A stretch of DNA of 64,000 nucleotides from Selaginella moellendorffii (lineage: Eukaryota > Plantae > Lycopodiophyta): assembly GCF_000143415.4 (NCBI RefSeq), contig NW_003314279.1:2007090-2071089 (forward strand). The letters run 5' to 3'. The position numbers and the translations under genes were made by a program. Positions 10,732 to 24,615 of this stretch are shown one piece after another. The notes under the pieces are model-generated. The model was given only the letters and a program-made list of their open reading frames with translations, ran no database searches and had not been told where the DNA came from. Position 1 is the stretch's first letter. Each line of letters starts with the position of its first letter.

Positions 10732-13700
10732 ATGGTGGCGGGATCACGCCGTCGCGCTAGTGAACACCTTGGCTCTTCTTCTACTAGTGGCAAGCGCCCT
10801 AGATATGGCGCCTCCTCTTCTTCCTCCACACCCACATTGCTAGGGCGCGGGGGGCGCGCCTCGTCTAGGGCTGCCAATGGCGCGCGGGCGTCGTCGTCCG
10901 TGGTGGCGGACGATCCCGATTTCGAGCCGGGGGATTCCGAGTGCGTGGCGCTGCCCGAGGATTCTTGGTTTGGGGCGGAGGAGGCGGCCGCGGCGATCGT
11001 TCCAGTTGTCGAGGATGCCGATGTCTCTGCTGCTACTGCCGCAGCTTCATCGTCGGCCATGCCGCTGTGCTCCGGCCCTCCAGCACAGGCTTTCGCGCTC
11101 TCCGCCACTCCTCTCTACCCTAATTCCGTCAGGTGGTCTGAGGACAACCTCCTTGCAGTTGCCGCTGGACATATGGTCACTATACTGGTGAGTTCTTCCC
11201 ATGCATTGTCTTGTTCTTGCTGAAACTTTTCTTTTTTCGTGAAGAATCCAGCATCGCTGTCGGGTCCCCGGAGCTTTGTGTCCGTCTCCGTGAAGCCGAG
11301 CTTCGATTTTGGCACCGTGAATCGTGATGGTACGTGTTAAGTTCGTTCTTGTGAGTAAGCTTTTGCCTAGAGTTTGCTTTTAGAGTTAAAGCATCATTTG
11401 CTGATGCCGCTTACGCTCTCGAGGGATTCTCGTGCCGTGGTTCGCTCGATCGATTGGTCTCCGCAAGGTGTTGGATCCCATGGAGGGTACTTCTTTTTCT
11501 TTGTTCTCAAGTCACGGGCCTCTGATGTTTTCGTTTTCTCTCGGGCATTTTTTTCTTATCTTAGATGTCTTCTTGCGGTTGCCACGACAGATTATCGAGT
11601 GAAGCTGCACTCGCCACCCATGTCCGAGTATCGATCTGAGTGGATCGAGGTAAGCCACGCTTCCCTTGTTGTCTCTTGTTAACTATGAATTTGTATTGGC
11701 AGTTGTTAGACGTTTCAGAGATGATGTTTGAGTATTGTATGAAGTTTGAGTTTTTGGAAACGGAAGCATCGTTTGACATGGTACTCCTTTCGCTGACAGT
11801 TTTCTTTCATGATTGACCAGCATTTTGATAGATGTCAGATGGCATAGCTTTCAACAGAGCTTACAAGAGGCAAGGACAAATGTCCCCAGCTGAGGATCTG
11901 CTTCAGAAAAGGAGGAGAACTAGGTACTTTTACGTTTACGTACGCGGCTTTATTTTTGAAATGTTCTGCTTGTGCAGCACACCGGAGGCTTCAGTACTTG
12001 GAATGGAGGTGAGCTACTTGTTTTGTGCTGATGGTTTTGAGCTGACTCGCATCTACTCGCAGGCTGGAAATTTGCTTAACCGTCCTCCTGTTCTATGGGA
12101 TGGGCAAGCATCTCTTGCTTCAGCCCATATGAAACCTCTTGCAAACGACGGCATGGCGGATGATGCCATGAAGGTATAACTTGAATTTATCTTCAGATGA
12201 CGTAACGCCTCAATGCCAGAAACGCGGTAGAAGAGGGACTTACAGTGAACAGCTTTCAGGTGCTTGTGATTTTAAATTGTTTTCTCTACGCTTCTAAGCA
12301 GGTTATGTTCTCGTAGGCTCTGCTGATGTTGAAGGTTTCGACGACGGAAAACAAACTAAAAAGAGAAAACAGCTGAGAGTCAAAGATGGACAGCTCTCGA
12401 ATCTAACCGTCACCGCGCCCCAATACATGACAAGGAGTTCAATGCTGGCCTCTCTAGCCTTGGCATGGTCCTCGAAGTGCTCTTGCTGTGATAGCAACTC
12501 GCGAGTTTTTAGTGCTGTTTTTCTGTCGGTTGGGACGAAGTCTGGCATGGTTGGCTTCTGGCGGCTATCAACACCTGACGTATACTCGGTTGAAAAAGTG
12601 CTACCGCTACCAGACGTAAGCTTTATCGGCTTCTTAAACGCACACGAGTCCTGGGTGACTGCACTTGATTGGGCGGCTGGAGCTTCAACTGATCAAGTTC
12701 TTCTGGCAACCGGAAGCTCTGATGGGAGGTACAGTTCTACCTCGTATCAGTCTGTATCTAATGGATCTCACTCATGTTACAGTGTCAAGTTGTGGCAAGG
12801 AGATACAAGAGTATTGATGCAGTGGCAACCGTCGGCGCTTTTCCTCCCCTGGACACTTCTCTTTCAGGTGAGGGAACTATCTTGCATTTAGTTTAGTAAA
12901 TGACTAATGAAAACTCAGGTTACTGGTGTCGACAGTGTGCCAGTGACGTCTTTGGCCTTGAAATATTCAATTGAGGCGGATAATATTCTTATTGTCGTTG
13001 GAAAAGGATCCGGTAGCGTTTTAGCTTGTGAATTAACAAGTGCAGGCCAGTGCTCTCGCAGGGCTTGCCTTCCACGGGCTCACGACCAAGCGGTATGCTT
13101 CCAAATATGTGCTTTCATGGTTTGATGTGCTTCGAGTTCCAGGTTATGGGAGTTTGCTGGTCTGCAGACAAAGATCAGATATACTCGTGTGGCCAGGTAT
13201 GTTAACATTTGTTAAGCCACTAAGTATAAAGTCGTCTTTGACAGGATAACATGCTTCAACTGTGGGAATTCGCTGATACGCAACTCGTAGCCGTGGAGAC
13301 TTCCCTTTTGGCATCTGAGGTCCCGGCAACTGCTCCTGACGTGTGTAAAACATTGCAATTGTACCCACACTAAACTTCTAAACCTTACAGCTTCCGGCAT
13401 CGGCGTTGGAATCGTTTTTTGGTGTTGCACTGTCACCTGCAAATCTTTCTCTTGCAATGGTAGGATAGGTACTTAAAATTCTCTCTCTCACTTTTCCATG
13501 TGCAGGTAAGAGGAATTGCTGCTGAAGCTGTAGATCCGATGTATCAATCCAGGTACCAATGTTGTTTTATTTTTTTGTTGGCTAGAAATTTAAGATATTG
13601 TTTTTCGAAATCGCAGGTCACAAAAGGGTATTGTACAACTGGTCTGGGTCGGACAAGACGAAAATATCGTAAAAGCTGATTGTTTCGACGATCCGAGTGC

Positions 13701-14747
13701 TGGTAGATCGGCTTATACTATTGCTGCAAGCTGGGAGACAAAAATCATATCGGCATTCTCTCATCTAGATCGTCGAGCCTCGTTCGTCCTATGGGATTTG
13801 CTGACAGTTCTATCATTTCTCAAGCAACTCTGTGGAGGAGAGATACTGGGGTCCGTTTTTCAGAAATGGCTCTCAAATTGGAGTTTCGTAAACACGGGTA
13901 CTATCGAGGCTTGCTGCTGGTCAACAGAAGCTCTCAAGACGTGCTTACCAAGCTTGAGTTGTCGATGCCTACAGACAATGATCGTGATCTTTCGAAGGAT
14001 AATCCTACAGGACTTGAAACTTGGACTACTTACAGAAGGGTTGGAAGCCATGCACAATTCTGGATCACGTACCCAGTTAACTTCAGAGCAGCAAACGTGG
14101 CTGGAAATCCTTTGGTGCATGGAGCACGAGCTAAGAGAGAGGCTGATGTTCCTGGCTTTGCTCACGGCTTTGTGGTGCAAGTCCCCTCAAGCAGAGAATG
14201 CCCAAGCTAGTGTCAAGATGGAAGCCAGGCTACCAACAGCATTTTTGATGTCCGACTGGATCCTCTTGAACTCGTCAAAGGTTTCTCCTCAACTGCTGCA
14301 GCTCGCCACTGAAGTGCATAAAGTTTATAACAGGTAGCTTCTTTTTTGTGATTGCTGTCAAGATGTTAATGCGTTTTCGGTTGTGGCAGATCTGGATCAA
14401 GTTCACAAGAGCGCTGCAGCTACTGCGAGCAAACGGTTCCCTTGGAGTACCTTGAAGTTGGCTATTGCCGCGCAGAGGGAATCAACACGAGAATAAACCA
14501 TCGGTTGCAGCGGTGCTCGGCTTCCTTGCAGATCTCCCTCCCTGGTCCGTCGTGGTATTGTACGTGCTGCGGTCGAAACGCCTTCCAACAGGTTCCAGAG
14601 TTTTTTTTCTCCTTGACGTCGAGGGTCCAGATTGAGAGGCTGCCTTCGATTGTGGTGCTGGAGCCCGTTGTGTCGCGGTGTCCCTTTTGCGGAATCCTGA
14701 TGCAGAGGATCTTACCGGAGTTTTTCCTCACACCGTCTCTGGTGTAA
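10732..14747 (+). CDS. WD40 protein, TFIIIC 90-kDa/delta (tauB) subunit-like, with C-terminal zinc finger; multi-exon
   Basis: PLYPNSVRWSEDNLLAVAAGHMVTIL, VRSIDWSPQG, AHESWVTALDW..LLATGSSDG.VKLW; C-terminal Cys cluster (CYCEQTVP..HRLQRCSASL..WYCTCC..CPFCGILMQR), typical of plant TFIIIC-delta/zf-TFIIIC proteins. Confidence 0.8.
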
Positions 14748-14952
14748 GTAATGAGGTGAGTTCTCTCCTTCCTTTCGAAAGTTTTTGACGAACTTGCTGT
14801 GCTCTCGTTGCAGGCTGGTAGTTCTCAGTGCTGTGTATGTAACGGAAAACGCTTGTAAAATATGATGAGAGAGAAACTGATTATCAAGCAAGCTGGTAAC
14901 ACACTTTTCTTTGAGATATGCATTTTTTCACACCTCTAGCTAGCTGCTCTCC

Positions 14953-17418
14953 ATGTTTTTCTCTCTAGATCACGAGTTTGTGAGCTGTTACTGCAAGGAC
15001 AAGACCGAGTTTGCTACTCTTCTCAGGGAATGTGGAAACTCGAGAGCTCTAGCGCGGGGTAAGCGTGTCCATTCTCTTCTTACTTCTGCCGGATATGGAG
15101 ACGATGCGATCCTGTGCAACTTGGTCGTGCAGATGTATGGCAAGTGCGGTAACTTGGATGATGCCCGCTCCGTCTTCGATCGTATTCCTGCCAAGAACAT
15201 CTACTCGTGGAACATCATGCTGTCAGCTTACCAGCGTGCCGGTTGTGGAGTTTCGGCACTCAAGCTGTTGCGGGAGATGGATTTGGATGGTGTTCGACCG
15301 GACAGTGTAACTTACGTAAGTTATGTCACCGCTTGTTCATCGGCTGGTGCAGTCGAGCAGGGAAAGTTTGCTCATTCCAGGATCGCTGCTACTGGGCACT
15401 TCGCAGCGGACGTTTCCGTGGGGAATTCGCTGGTGAACATGTATGGAAAGTTCGGACTCGTGGAGGAAGCCAGGACGGTCTTTGAGAGCATGGTCGCAAG
15501 GAATACAGTGACTTGGAACACGCTTATCGGAGCTTATACCCAGAACGGGCATAGCAGGGAGGCGGTTGTGCTATACAAGCTGGCGAAAGAGAGCGGTGTG
15601 AAGATGAGCTATGTGACTTACGTGGTGGCTCTTGGAGCCTGTTCCACTCTCGGGCAAGGCAGGGAAGTTCACTCGGACATCGTCGCTGCGACGTGCGAGC
15701 TCAACGCTACGGTGGAAAACGCTTTGATCGGATGCTACTCCAGGTGCCAGAGTTTGGAAGATGCCCGGCTCGTTTTCAACTCCATGCAGTGCCGGAAGAA
15801 CGCCGTCTCTTGGAACTCTATGATCTCGGCCTGTGTCGCGAACGGGCGTCCTGACGAAGCTCTTGAGATTTACAGGAGGATGGACTCGAGGCCTGACAGG
15901 GTGACTTTCATGGGTGTCCTCGGTGCCTGCTCTAGTCTTCCAGAGGGAAGAGAGATCCAGCAGCGTATCAAGGCAGAAGGCTTGGAGACTAATGCCTGTG
16001 TGGCCAACGCGCTGATAACCATGTACGGGAGGTGTGGAAGCTTGGTGGACGCGAGAGAAGTCTTTGACGCGATGCCGGGGCGAGATATCATCTCCTGGAA
16101 CGCTCTGATCAACGCTCATGCTCAAAACGGCGATGGAAGAGGTGCTCTCGGGCTTTACCACGAGCTTCAAGCGGACGACATGCTAGAGCCGGATGGTGTG
16201 ACTTTCGTGGCAGTTCTCGGTGCCTGCGTAGCCTGCAAAGACTTCAAACAAGGTGACGAGGTCTCCAAGCGGATCATTCGTAGCGGGATCTACAAGGACG
16301 ACGTTGTTCTGGCCACAGCCCTCGTGAGCATGCTTGGAAAGTTTGGCGAGATGGAACAGGCGAGGACAGTGTTTAGCGGCATGGCTAAAAGGACAGCCAT
16401 CTCCTGGAACGCCATGCTTGCGGCATACTGTGACAACGGGCACGCTCGCAAAGCTCTGGAGCTCTACCACGCAATGGACGTGGATCCGGACGAGGTGACT
16501 TACATGACTGTCGCGGAGGCGTGCTCGAGCTCGCGAGATCTTCAAGAGGCTGGAGCTCTACACGAGCGTGCTGCTGCGTCCGGCATGCTGGCTCATGTCC
16601 CCCTGGCCAACGCTCTGGTCGCGATGTATGGCAAGTGCCAGCGCCTGGACGAAGCAACGCGAGTTTTCGAAGGGATTCCTCGCCGGAGCCTCGTCTCGTG
16701 GAACTCCATGATCGCGGCCTGTGTGGACAACGGGGAGAACGCCCGAGCTGTGGAGCTGTTCAAAGAAATGGAGCCGCCACCCGACGACGTAACTTTCGTG
16801 AGCGTCTTCGCGGCGTGCTCCAACCTTGGCGACTTGGCTATGGCGAGGGAAGCTCACGGAGCATTTGGATCCAGGGAGCTGCTCGATGACACCGTGGGAA
16901 CTTCGCTCGTGAGCATGTATGGGAGGTGTGGGAGCCTCGCCGACGCTCGAGCGGTGTTTAAGAGGATGCCGAGGAGGGACGCGACGAGCTGGACGAGCAT
17001 GATCGTGGCGTGTGCTCGCGGCGGCGATGGCGTTGCCGGGGTGGCGGCGTTCTACGCGATGGGACTGGAGGGAGTGGCTCCCGACGAGATCAGCTTCCTG
17101 GCGGTGCTCTTCTGCTGCAGCCACACGGGGCTGGGGCGCCAAGGCCGGGAGTTCTTCGTGCTCATGCTTGAGGAGCTGGGAGCTCGGGCCGAGCACTACG
17201 TGTGCATGGTCGACCTGGTTGGTCGGCTTGGATGGGTGGAGGAGGCACAGAGGCTCTTGGAAGCCATGCCTTTCCAGGCCGGTTCCATCGCGTGGCTGGC
17301 GCTGCTGGGGTCTTGCAACGTCCAGAGGAGCTCCCGGCGTGGAGCGCTGGCGGCCGAGCGCGTGATCGAGCTGGAGCTGGAGGAAGCGAGGCGTGGCAGC
17401 GATTTGCAAGGTTTGTGA
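14953..17418 (+). CDS. PLS-class (E-subclass) PPR protein, intronless, 821 aa
   Basis: P-L-S triplets (NLVVQMYGKCGNLDDARSVFDRI, KNIYSWNIMLSAY, PDSVTYVS); ends HYVCMVDLVGRLG..MPFQAGSIAWLALLGSC; no DYW domain. Confidence 0.95.
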   Translation: MFFSLDHEFVSCYCKDKTEFATLLRECGNSRALARGKRVHSLLTSAGYGDDAILCNLVVQMYGKCGNLDDARSVFDRIPAKNIYSWNIMLSAYQRAGCGVSALKLLREMDLDGVRPDSVTYVSYVTACSSAGAVEQGKFAHSRIAATGHFAADVSVGNSLVNMYGKFGLVEEARTVFESMVARNTVTWNTLIGAYTQNGHSREAVVLYKLAKESGVKMSYVTYVVALGACSTLGQGREVHSDIVAATCELNATVENALIGCYSRCQSLEDARLVFNSMQCRKNAVSWNSMISACVANGRPDEALEIYRRMDSRPDRVTFMGVLGACSSLPEGREIQQRIKAEGLETNACVANALITMYGRCGSLVDAREVFDAMPGRDIISWNALINAHAQNGDGRGALGLYHELQADDMLEPDGVTFVAVLGACVACKDFKQGDEVSKRIIRSGIYKDDVVLATALVSMLGKFGEMEQARTVFSGMAKRTAISWNAMLAAYCDNGHARKALELYHAMDVDPDEVTYMTVAEACSSSRDLQEAGALHERAAASGMLAHVPLANALVAMYGKCQRLDEATRVFEGIPRRSLVSWNSMIAACVDNGENARAVELFKEMEPPPDDVTFVSVFAACSNLGDLAMAREAHGAFGSRELLDDTVGTSLVSMYGRCGSLADARAVFKRMPRRDATSWTSMIVACARGGDGVAGVAAFYAMGLEGVAPDEISFLAVLFCCSHTGLGRQGREFFVLMLEELGARAEHYVCMVDLVGRLGWVEEAQRLLEAMPFQAGSIAWLALLGSCNVQRSSRRGALAAERVIELELEEARRGSDLQGL

Positions 17419-20400
17419 ATCTCGAGCTCTTTCTGCAAACCCTGTCGGCACTTATAGCATATAAATCATTTCCGAGAAGAGAAAGCATTCCTGGATTTGG
17501 ATTGATCTTGGTGTCTCCAGGATAATCTAGTCTCTGAACACGAGGGGGTGGTCATTTCTAAAAGCTTGAAAATACTGTTCTCTGCTCCTTTACTTTCTTT
17601 TCTTTACCCGATTTCCCAAAAGCCTGGTGCTGGGCTCCTGCAACAAAATCTGTGTGTTTTGATCGCCATGGAGGACACATTCATTCGCGAGCAGAGGTCG
17701 AGGGGCCCCTCAAGATTTAAATCTCTCTCCTCGACTGTCCAACCCTTTGGAAAGTAGCCATCTCGCGCGTTTTAAATCAACAAAATATTTCCTTTCAAGG
17801 TGTCAACGTGAGTGAAGGACCCCCTATGCATGGGAATTTAGCGATCTGGACGCTGTTGTGGGATCATCACTCGCTCAGCTGTGAGTTCTTTCTCGTGGGG
17901 TCGCGGGATCTTGTCAATCAATGGGTGGGTCGTTTCTTTCACTCGCTCGTTTCGATCGATGGACAGAGATTCATGGCCTAACCACAGGACTGACAATTGC
18001 CCGCCGGTGGGACAACATTCATATGATCATGGCTCCACACACTCCCACACACTGACCTTGGAAATATAAGTACGAGATTAACATCGCTATCCTCCGCTCC
18101 AAGAGCCTGTCCTCCTCCGAAGATACCATCCATGTTACGTGGCTACGGTACGATCAAACTGCATTTCTAAAGCTTGAAAGCAAAATCTTCATGTCCGGCT
18201 CGAACAAGCTGTGTACAAAAGTTACAGGCCAGAGAGTGACACATATATGAAATGACCCAAGAGGACAATCAGCGAGGGTGGTGGAAGAAACTCTGTAGTT
18301 AAATGTGTAAGTTGGAAGGGGAGGATCATCTTAAGATCTGAGTGAGTCAGGTGTGTGTTTGGTGTGATACTTGCAGACCAAAATGCCTAAGAATTTAGGA
18401 AGACTTCAAAGCTGTGTCATATCTCCAGTGTGGTAAAGATCACAATTTTTATATGGTTTTCTCTTACCAGCAAAGCATCTGGATTGAGATGCAAGTTGGG
18501 CAGTACTTGTTTCTAGTAATGTCTTTTTTCCTGTTTTATGCAGCCAAGTGACCACAATCTTCTCCAGTTTTGCGGTACCACGTTCTAGATTCATTCTTTG
18601 GCTTCTTTCAACAACACCAGGTCCTACAGACAAATGATACTAAGCAGATCCTTGCTTGTACAAGGACTAGCTGGAAAGGAAACTCCTTGCCCTTTGCTGT
18701 GAGCTTTCTTAGGAGCAAAGCCCTGCAAAACCACAGACCAGTGCTCCAGATGATGGGTTGTACTCAACTTTTGCATCACTCACCAGATACAATAACATGG
18801 TATCAGACTAATTAAACACAATGCTGGTTGTGCTGTCCTGGCAGCAAGCCAGGAGCACAGCAAAGAAATGAAAGCCATGCCCAGCAAAATCCATAACTAT
18901 GACAAACATCAGGTGAGTATAATATGAGTTTGACTAGAGCATGCCCTCAATTACCCCTTTCACCAACCAAAACTCTTTTTCACTGCAGTTTACCAGCCAC
19001 ACCAGAGAGACAGGCACACAGACAAAGCAATCACCCTCTTAGTGATCATAGTACGTTTTTTAATTTCTATATCTTTACATACTAAAAGAAGAACTTGTTA
19101 GAGAATGGAGATGAAGATGCTGCCTTTGTTTTGTTTATGTTTCTGGGGTCATATTGAGGTGTGATCCCTCTCCACTCACCAGCAGTTGCTATCAAGATGA
19201 ATTTTAACATATATTTTGACCACCACCAACTCTACAGTAACAGTAGAAACATGCAATATTTACTGTTCTGGGATTTTTATGGTGGAGGGTGGTAAGTTTC
19301 CTCACATGATGAAACTGCTATCATAAATTCCCCCAGTTTTTGCTGGTCTTCTTGTAATTCCACCACAAAGCACGATGAAGAAATGGGAGAAATACGACAA
19401 GATCATGTCGTAGTCCACCTGCTCGCTATACGCATGGTGTATAAACAAACACCTCCCTGATCAGAAGATCAGATCAAAGCCCTTTCCTCCATTTTCAGAG
19501 TTGCACGCTTGTTTAATATACTGCGTTTTTCATTTTTCTGCTGGAAGGACAATACACACACCACACCCTCCGTGTACTTCGTACTTCTGTATTCTGGGTG
19601 CGTATGGGTTGGAGCCATAAATTGAAAATCATCTGGCAATAACACCGACATTTACAGTCCACACAGTAAAAAACGGAGAGGACAAAAAAGGTCATCTAAA
19701 CATATGCCCACAAAGGCAATTTCTGGTCATGGTGTTGTTGCGGCTTAAATCACACGCACGATCGCGCTTCTTGCGGATAATCTGGAAGAAACCGTGAGCT
19801 CTAGTCCCTAGCCTAGCATCTCTTTTGAATTCTGTGAAGGAGCTCTAGCTTTTTTTCTAAAGCCCAGTGTCCGCTAGTTCACCAGCTATGGCGTGGTGCC
19901 AAAACATTTTGTTATGGCGTTTAACCAGTAGCCTGAGCTGGCTGGCAAGCCCCGGGGAACACGGGGCTGGTTTTCCTGCGTGTCCAAACCTCTACTAGCG
20001 CCAGCTACGTGAAGACAACAACAATACCAAAGAACGGAGAACCAAGAGCAGCATAACCATTTGACATTGGTTTTTTTTCTCCGTGGTATGACAAATCCAC
20101 CAACTTGTATGACTGTCAACTGACAGACCCAAAAACTTGGAGTTTCCGAAACTCGTCTCAATGGCATCTTATACTTGTAGACTCTTGGTTCTCAGCAGAT
20201 GCCGAGATTTGGCATTACGTTACAATCAATTCATGTCGTCCGTGTCGCTTGGATCGCGAGAGGGCGATCGCTTTCCGCCCCGCATTTTTGTTTGCGAGCC
20301 TTGTCGAGGGTCTGTTCCAGGTACCTTCGTTCCAATTTGATTTCAAAACTCTCCTCGCGAGGAATCAGTACAAAAGCTCCAAACTTTATTCCGCGAAATC

Positions 20401-20950
20401 CTGCTTTGGGGGAGGTCATCTTCTTACTTTGGTGCCACTGCTCTAAATTCTTTTCCACTTTCTTTTCCCTGGTGTCATCGTCGTGGTTTGGCAGTCTTTC
20501 ATTGTTTTTGTTGTGACCTTCTCATTGAGTTCTTTCCGTCCATCTTTTCTCTGGGCTCTTGCTCTTCTCCGCCTCTCCCAGCCTCGCCTTTAGCTTCAAT
20601 GTGGATGCATTCTCCATGTGTTGCGTAGATTAGAGCCAGCAGCAGATATTTCATCTGGTTTTGGACTGCGATCTCTCCTTGGAGCATTGCTTTCAAGACA
20701 ATCAAGGCCTCTCACGGTGTGCCAAGCTGTTTGTAAGTCGTAAAGAAGTCCCAGACTGTTTGCACTGCTTGCTTACCGCATCATTATAGCTCTCCACTTC
20801 CATTCCTTCCTCGGTTTCGTGGCCTTTTGCCTGAGACAACAAAACAAAAAGCAACCACCGAGCAAGAAGGAAGGAGAAGGAGAAGAGAAAAAAAGTCGTC
20901 ACAGTAGTGAGGTGTGAGGAGAGGAGGAAAACATCCAAAGCTTTTCGGCT

Positions 20951-23900
20951 ATGGCAGACAGTCCAGGAAGATTGCTTTCAAGCATTTGTTTAGGTGGTGG
21001 TGGCGCTGGCGGCTATGGAAGCAGCGGCAGCGGCCAGTCCTCGGCAAAGTACGGCTGCGTAAATATTTTCCTCCATCTCTTCGATTGGAACCGGAGGCTC
21101 TCCAAAAAAGGCCTCTTCTTGAGCAAGAAATTGCTGCCGTCAACGCTAGGTGAGAATGAGAGCGAGCCAGAGAGAGAGAGAGAGCTCTCTCTCTCTCTTT
21201 CACTCCCTCCAATCGAAAAATAAGCATGCATTTCTAATTCTAGATTTGCTCTGTGTGTTTGTGGCCAACCACAGAAGGGGCTGAGCAATCCGGGAAGAAT
21301 AGGAGGAGAAGAAAGAGCAGGAGCAACAAGGCAGCCATGGTGGTGGCGGCGTGCGAGGAGCGTTTGCCCATGGCAAAGTTGCTCCTGGTAAGCTCCAAAC
21401 ATTTCAACCATGAAAAAGAGAACTTTTACTTCTTTCTGGAGATTCGACTAAAAAGGAGAATGCTGTGTTTGCTACTCAGATTGCTGATGAGAAGCGGACG
21501 AATGGCAGCAATTTCGATGACATTCCAGAGGAAAACGAAGAGGAAGAAGGCGAAGAGGAGGAGGAACTAGAGCTCGAGAACACCACCAATGCCAGCAAAG
21601 ATAACTTGATGATCACCAGCGGCAGGAGCAGCTACAGCAGCAGCGACAAATGCTTTCCCTGTTCTTCGGAGACTCGCTCGCTCCAGGAGCTCCTCCACAC
21701 TGACCACGACGATTACTACCACCACCAGTTCGCTGCCTCTCCTCCCAAAATGCTGCACGAATTCCTCGACCCGGCCGAGCAAAAGCCGCTTTTCAGCCTT
21801 CTCATCCAGGAGGCCAAAGCAGCGTCGACATCGTCCTCCTCCATAGCTCTCCCAAATTCCCGGGAAGAACAGAGCCACCAAGCTCCCAGCTCCAGAAACC
21901 CAAAGAGGAGCTCCAATTCCCTCTCCAGGCAAGTTTCCTCCGAGAGGCCGGCCTTCGCTCGCAGAGCAAACTCTCGCAAGTCCTCATCCTCGTCGCCCAT
22001 GACCACTTCTTCCTCGTCTTCCTCCTCTACTAGCAAATGCCCCCGTGTGGCAACTGATGCGAGTCTTGGAGTCGCGGCTTCTGGATGCGGTGGTTTCAGC
22101 AGAAGGACGTCCGGGCTCTTTCTCGAGGCAGCCGCAAAGATACTTGATCCACGGGGCCAGTCGTCGAAGACGTTGACCAGGGTTGGCCACCTTTCTTCGC
22201 GGAAGAAAGTGCCCGTCTCGAAGGTACCACTCGACCACCCCGCCACAGCCGACGAAAGTAAAGCCGCCCCGGAAGAACACAAGCACAGAAGATCATTCGA
22301 GGTTCTTCCCTCGGACATCCAAAACTGCTTTGCAAACTCCTCCAGAGCATCGCTGCGCGAGAGGAGATCTGTCTCGGCACCTTGCTCGCCCGGTCCCCGC
22401 GGAGAAGAGAAAGAAGGCACCGTCCCATACACTAGCTGCGCGTCCATCCGCTCGCTCATGGAGCTCTTCCTGGACGACCTGGAGGAGGACATGGAGCTGA
22501 GCTGCCTGAGCCGGTCTCTAATCTCTCGATCACCTCGCGAAGACCTTCAAAAACTTTCCGACGCAGCACCCCCCGATGATCACAGGCACTTCCGCTCCAT
22601 CCATCTCCCAGATGGACGCGACCGCACGGTGGACGAGCTCGAAGAAGGCGACTACGTAAGCTTTCGGGACTTCCTCACGAAGGCGAAGAAGCCTAGTGCT
22701 ACTCCAGCTCCTCCAACCGAAGTGGAGGAGGATGCCTCCACTGCCGACGAGCAGCAAGATGATTGCTGCCATGTCCCCAGCGACCACCACGAAAACTTTG
22801 GATTCATGGTCCACAATCCTTTGTTCGAGGGCAGTAACTCCCCATCATCTTACTACTGCAACGAGGAGGAGCTCGGCAACGATGACGACCGAGGTCTGGA
22901 GGAGATCCTCAAGTCCATCCTCACCCAGACGAGCGATCAAGCCAAGCAGCACCGGGATCCCTCGAGACTGACATGGCTACCGGATGAAAGCAGCAAGTTG
23001 GCAGCTCCAGATCAAAGCTTCAACATGGTAAGTTTGCGCATTCTTCCTCATGATCATCGGTAGAACTAGAGTTCTAAGCTTTCTTTCTTCTTGCAGTATA
23101 ACAATACCAGCACCACCATCATTAACAACAAAGATGGCAGCAGTAGCTGCTCGGACGAGAGCCATCAACTGGACAGCGATAGCGTGGAAGTCACCTCCGA
23201 ATCCAACTGTGGAGAGGACTGCGGTCAACCCAGCCCGGTCTCGGTGCTTGACTCCCCCTTTGACGATGATCTTCCGGGAAAACGAGGCAAGAGGGGCCCC
23301 TCGAGCAGCAGCAAAAGCAGTAGAAAACGACTAGACTTTTCTGGTAAGAATCCACACTTTTTTTCCTTGCGATCTCATTATCTTTTTTTTGTTCTTGCTT
23401 AGATGATCGTCACGCTCGGAGTGTAACCAGCAGCAACACCAGCAGCAGCAGCGCGAGCTCGCCAAGTAGCATAGTTCGGTTTCAAAACTTCGACACCAAC
23501 GCGCTGGAGGAGGCCGAGGAGTACATCGCCATGGTCCTGGAGGAGTCGGGTATTGGCTACCATGCAAACGCGGTGACGCTGCTGGTGGCCGAGGCCAAGA
23601 GCGGTGGCGACTTCAACGCTGGGATCATCGGCGGCAGCGTCTTCGAGAGGCTCGAGGACCGGATGCGGGTGCAGCAGCTCATCGAGCACCTCGAGTCGTG
23701 CAGCACGTCGTCCAGTGCCGAGGATCGCCCCAGCCACCACAGCCTCGAGAGCCTGAGAGCTCACTACGGGAGCTACCACGAGTCGAGGTCCCGGAGGAGG
23801 ATGGTGTTCGACTTTGTGAACGAGATCCTGGGATCCATTGTCGCCAGGCACCTGGAAGATCACCACACGCGGGTTAGAACAGGGAGGCAGCTTGCTCAGG

Positions 23901-24100
23901 AGACTCACCAGCGGGTTCTCGAGTGGAAGAGACAGGCGTTTGATAGCATCCACGAGCTTGTTGACATGGAGATAAGTAGAGTGAGGAATTCTTTGAGTGG
24001 CAATCTTGGCGTAGAGGTCTCCGAGATTGGGCTAATCTGCGAGGAGCATATTTTCAAGAGCATGGTGGAGGAGCTGGCCAGGGACCTCGTAACCTCATAA
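20951..24100 (+). CDS. TON1-recruiting motif (TRM)/LONGIFOLIA-family protein (DUF4378), multi-exon
   Basis: GCVNIFLHLFDWNRRLSKKGLF at the N-terminus, LFLEAAAKILDP, QPSPVSVLDSPF motif, and C-terminal RRRMVFDFVNEIL..EVSEIGLICEEHIFKSMVEELARDL. Confidence 0.9.
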
Positions 24101-24615
24101 AAGTCGAATGTAGAGGCCTTCTCTACGTACCTATTGTAAAACTTCAATTTATTTATTTTTCTCTCGTTTACGTGAGTGAGAAAGCTGGATGTAGCAGTGT
24201 CAAATAAATGAATACCAACATGACCATACCTCTTCAACGAGAGAAGCAACGCGAGGGTGTATTGCCATTGCGGAGAGTATTTTCTTCCACCTGGAAAGCT
24301 GAACCAGGAGTACTTCTGGAGATTGTCAAGAGGACGACTTACCCACCCAGGTAGCGCACGAAATCAATTCTGTGTGAAGTCGAAGTGCTTCTAGAAAGAA
24401 CAATGGCAAGTTAGAGCTTTTGTTGTTTTATCTTCACGCAGCCAAATTTCCCAGAAGTCTTTGATAAAGTCTCGCTTGGTACTTCGAGTCCTGGACCATA
24501 AAGAACGTCAAATCGGATGCACTTTGCTACGAGCACACATACCGAAATATGACTCGGACTGACGCCAATGCGGAGCAGAAAACCGGAAGCTTTTCAGATT
24601 TTACCAGCTCACTGT

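Noticed and set aside
10550-10740. tRNA genes at the B-box motifs
   Set aside because: T-stems are imperfect, and no D arm, anticodon arm or acceptor stem could be built
17420-20900. Genes or ncRNAs in the largest intergenic gap (intron-like signal at about 18913-18988, hairpin at about 19947-19967)
   Set aside because: No coherent ORF and no recognisable miRNA or snoRNA; the hairpin is too far from a CTRR to call a Helitron end
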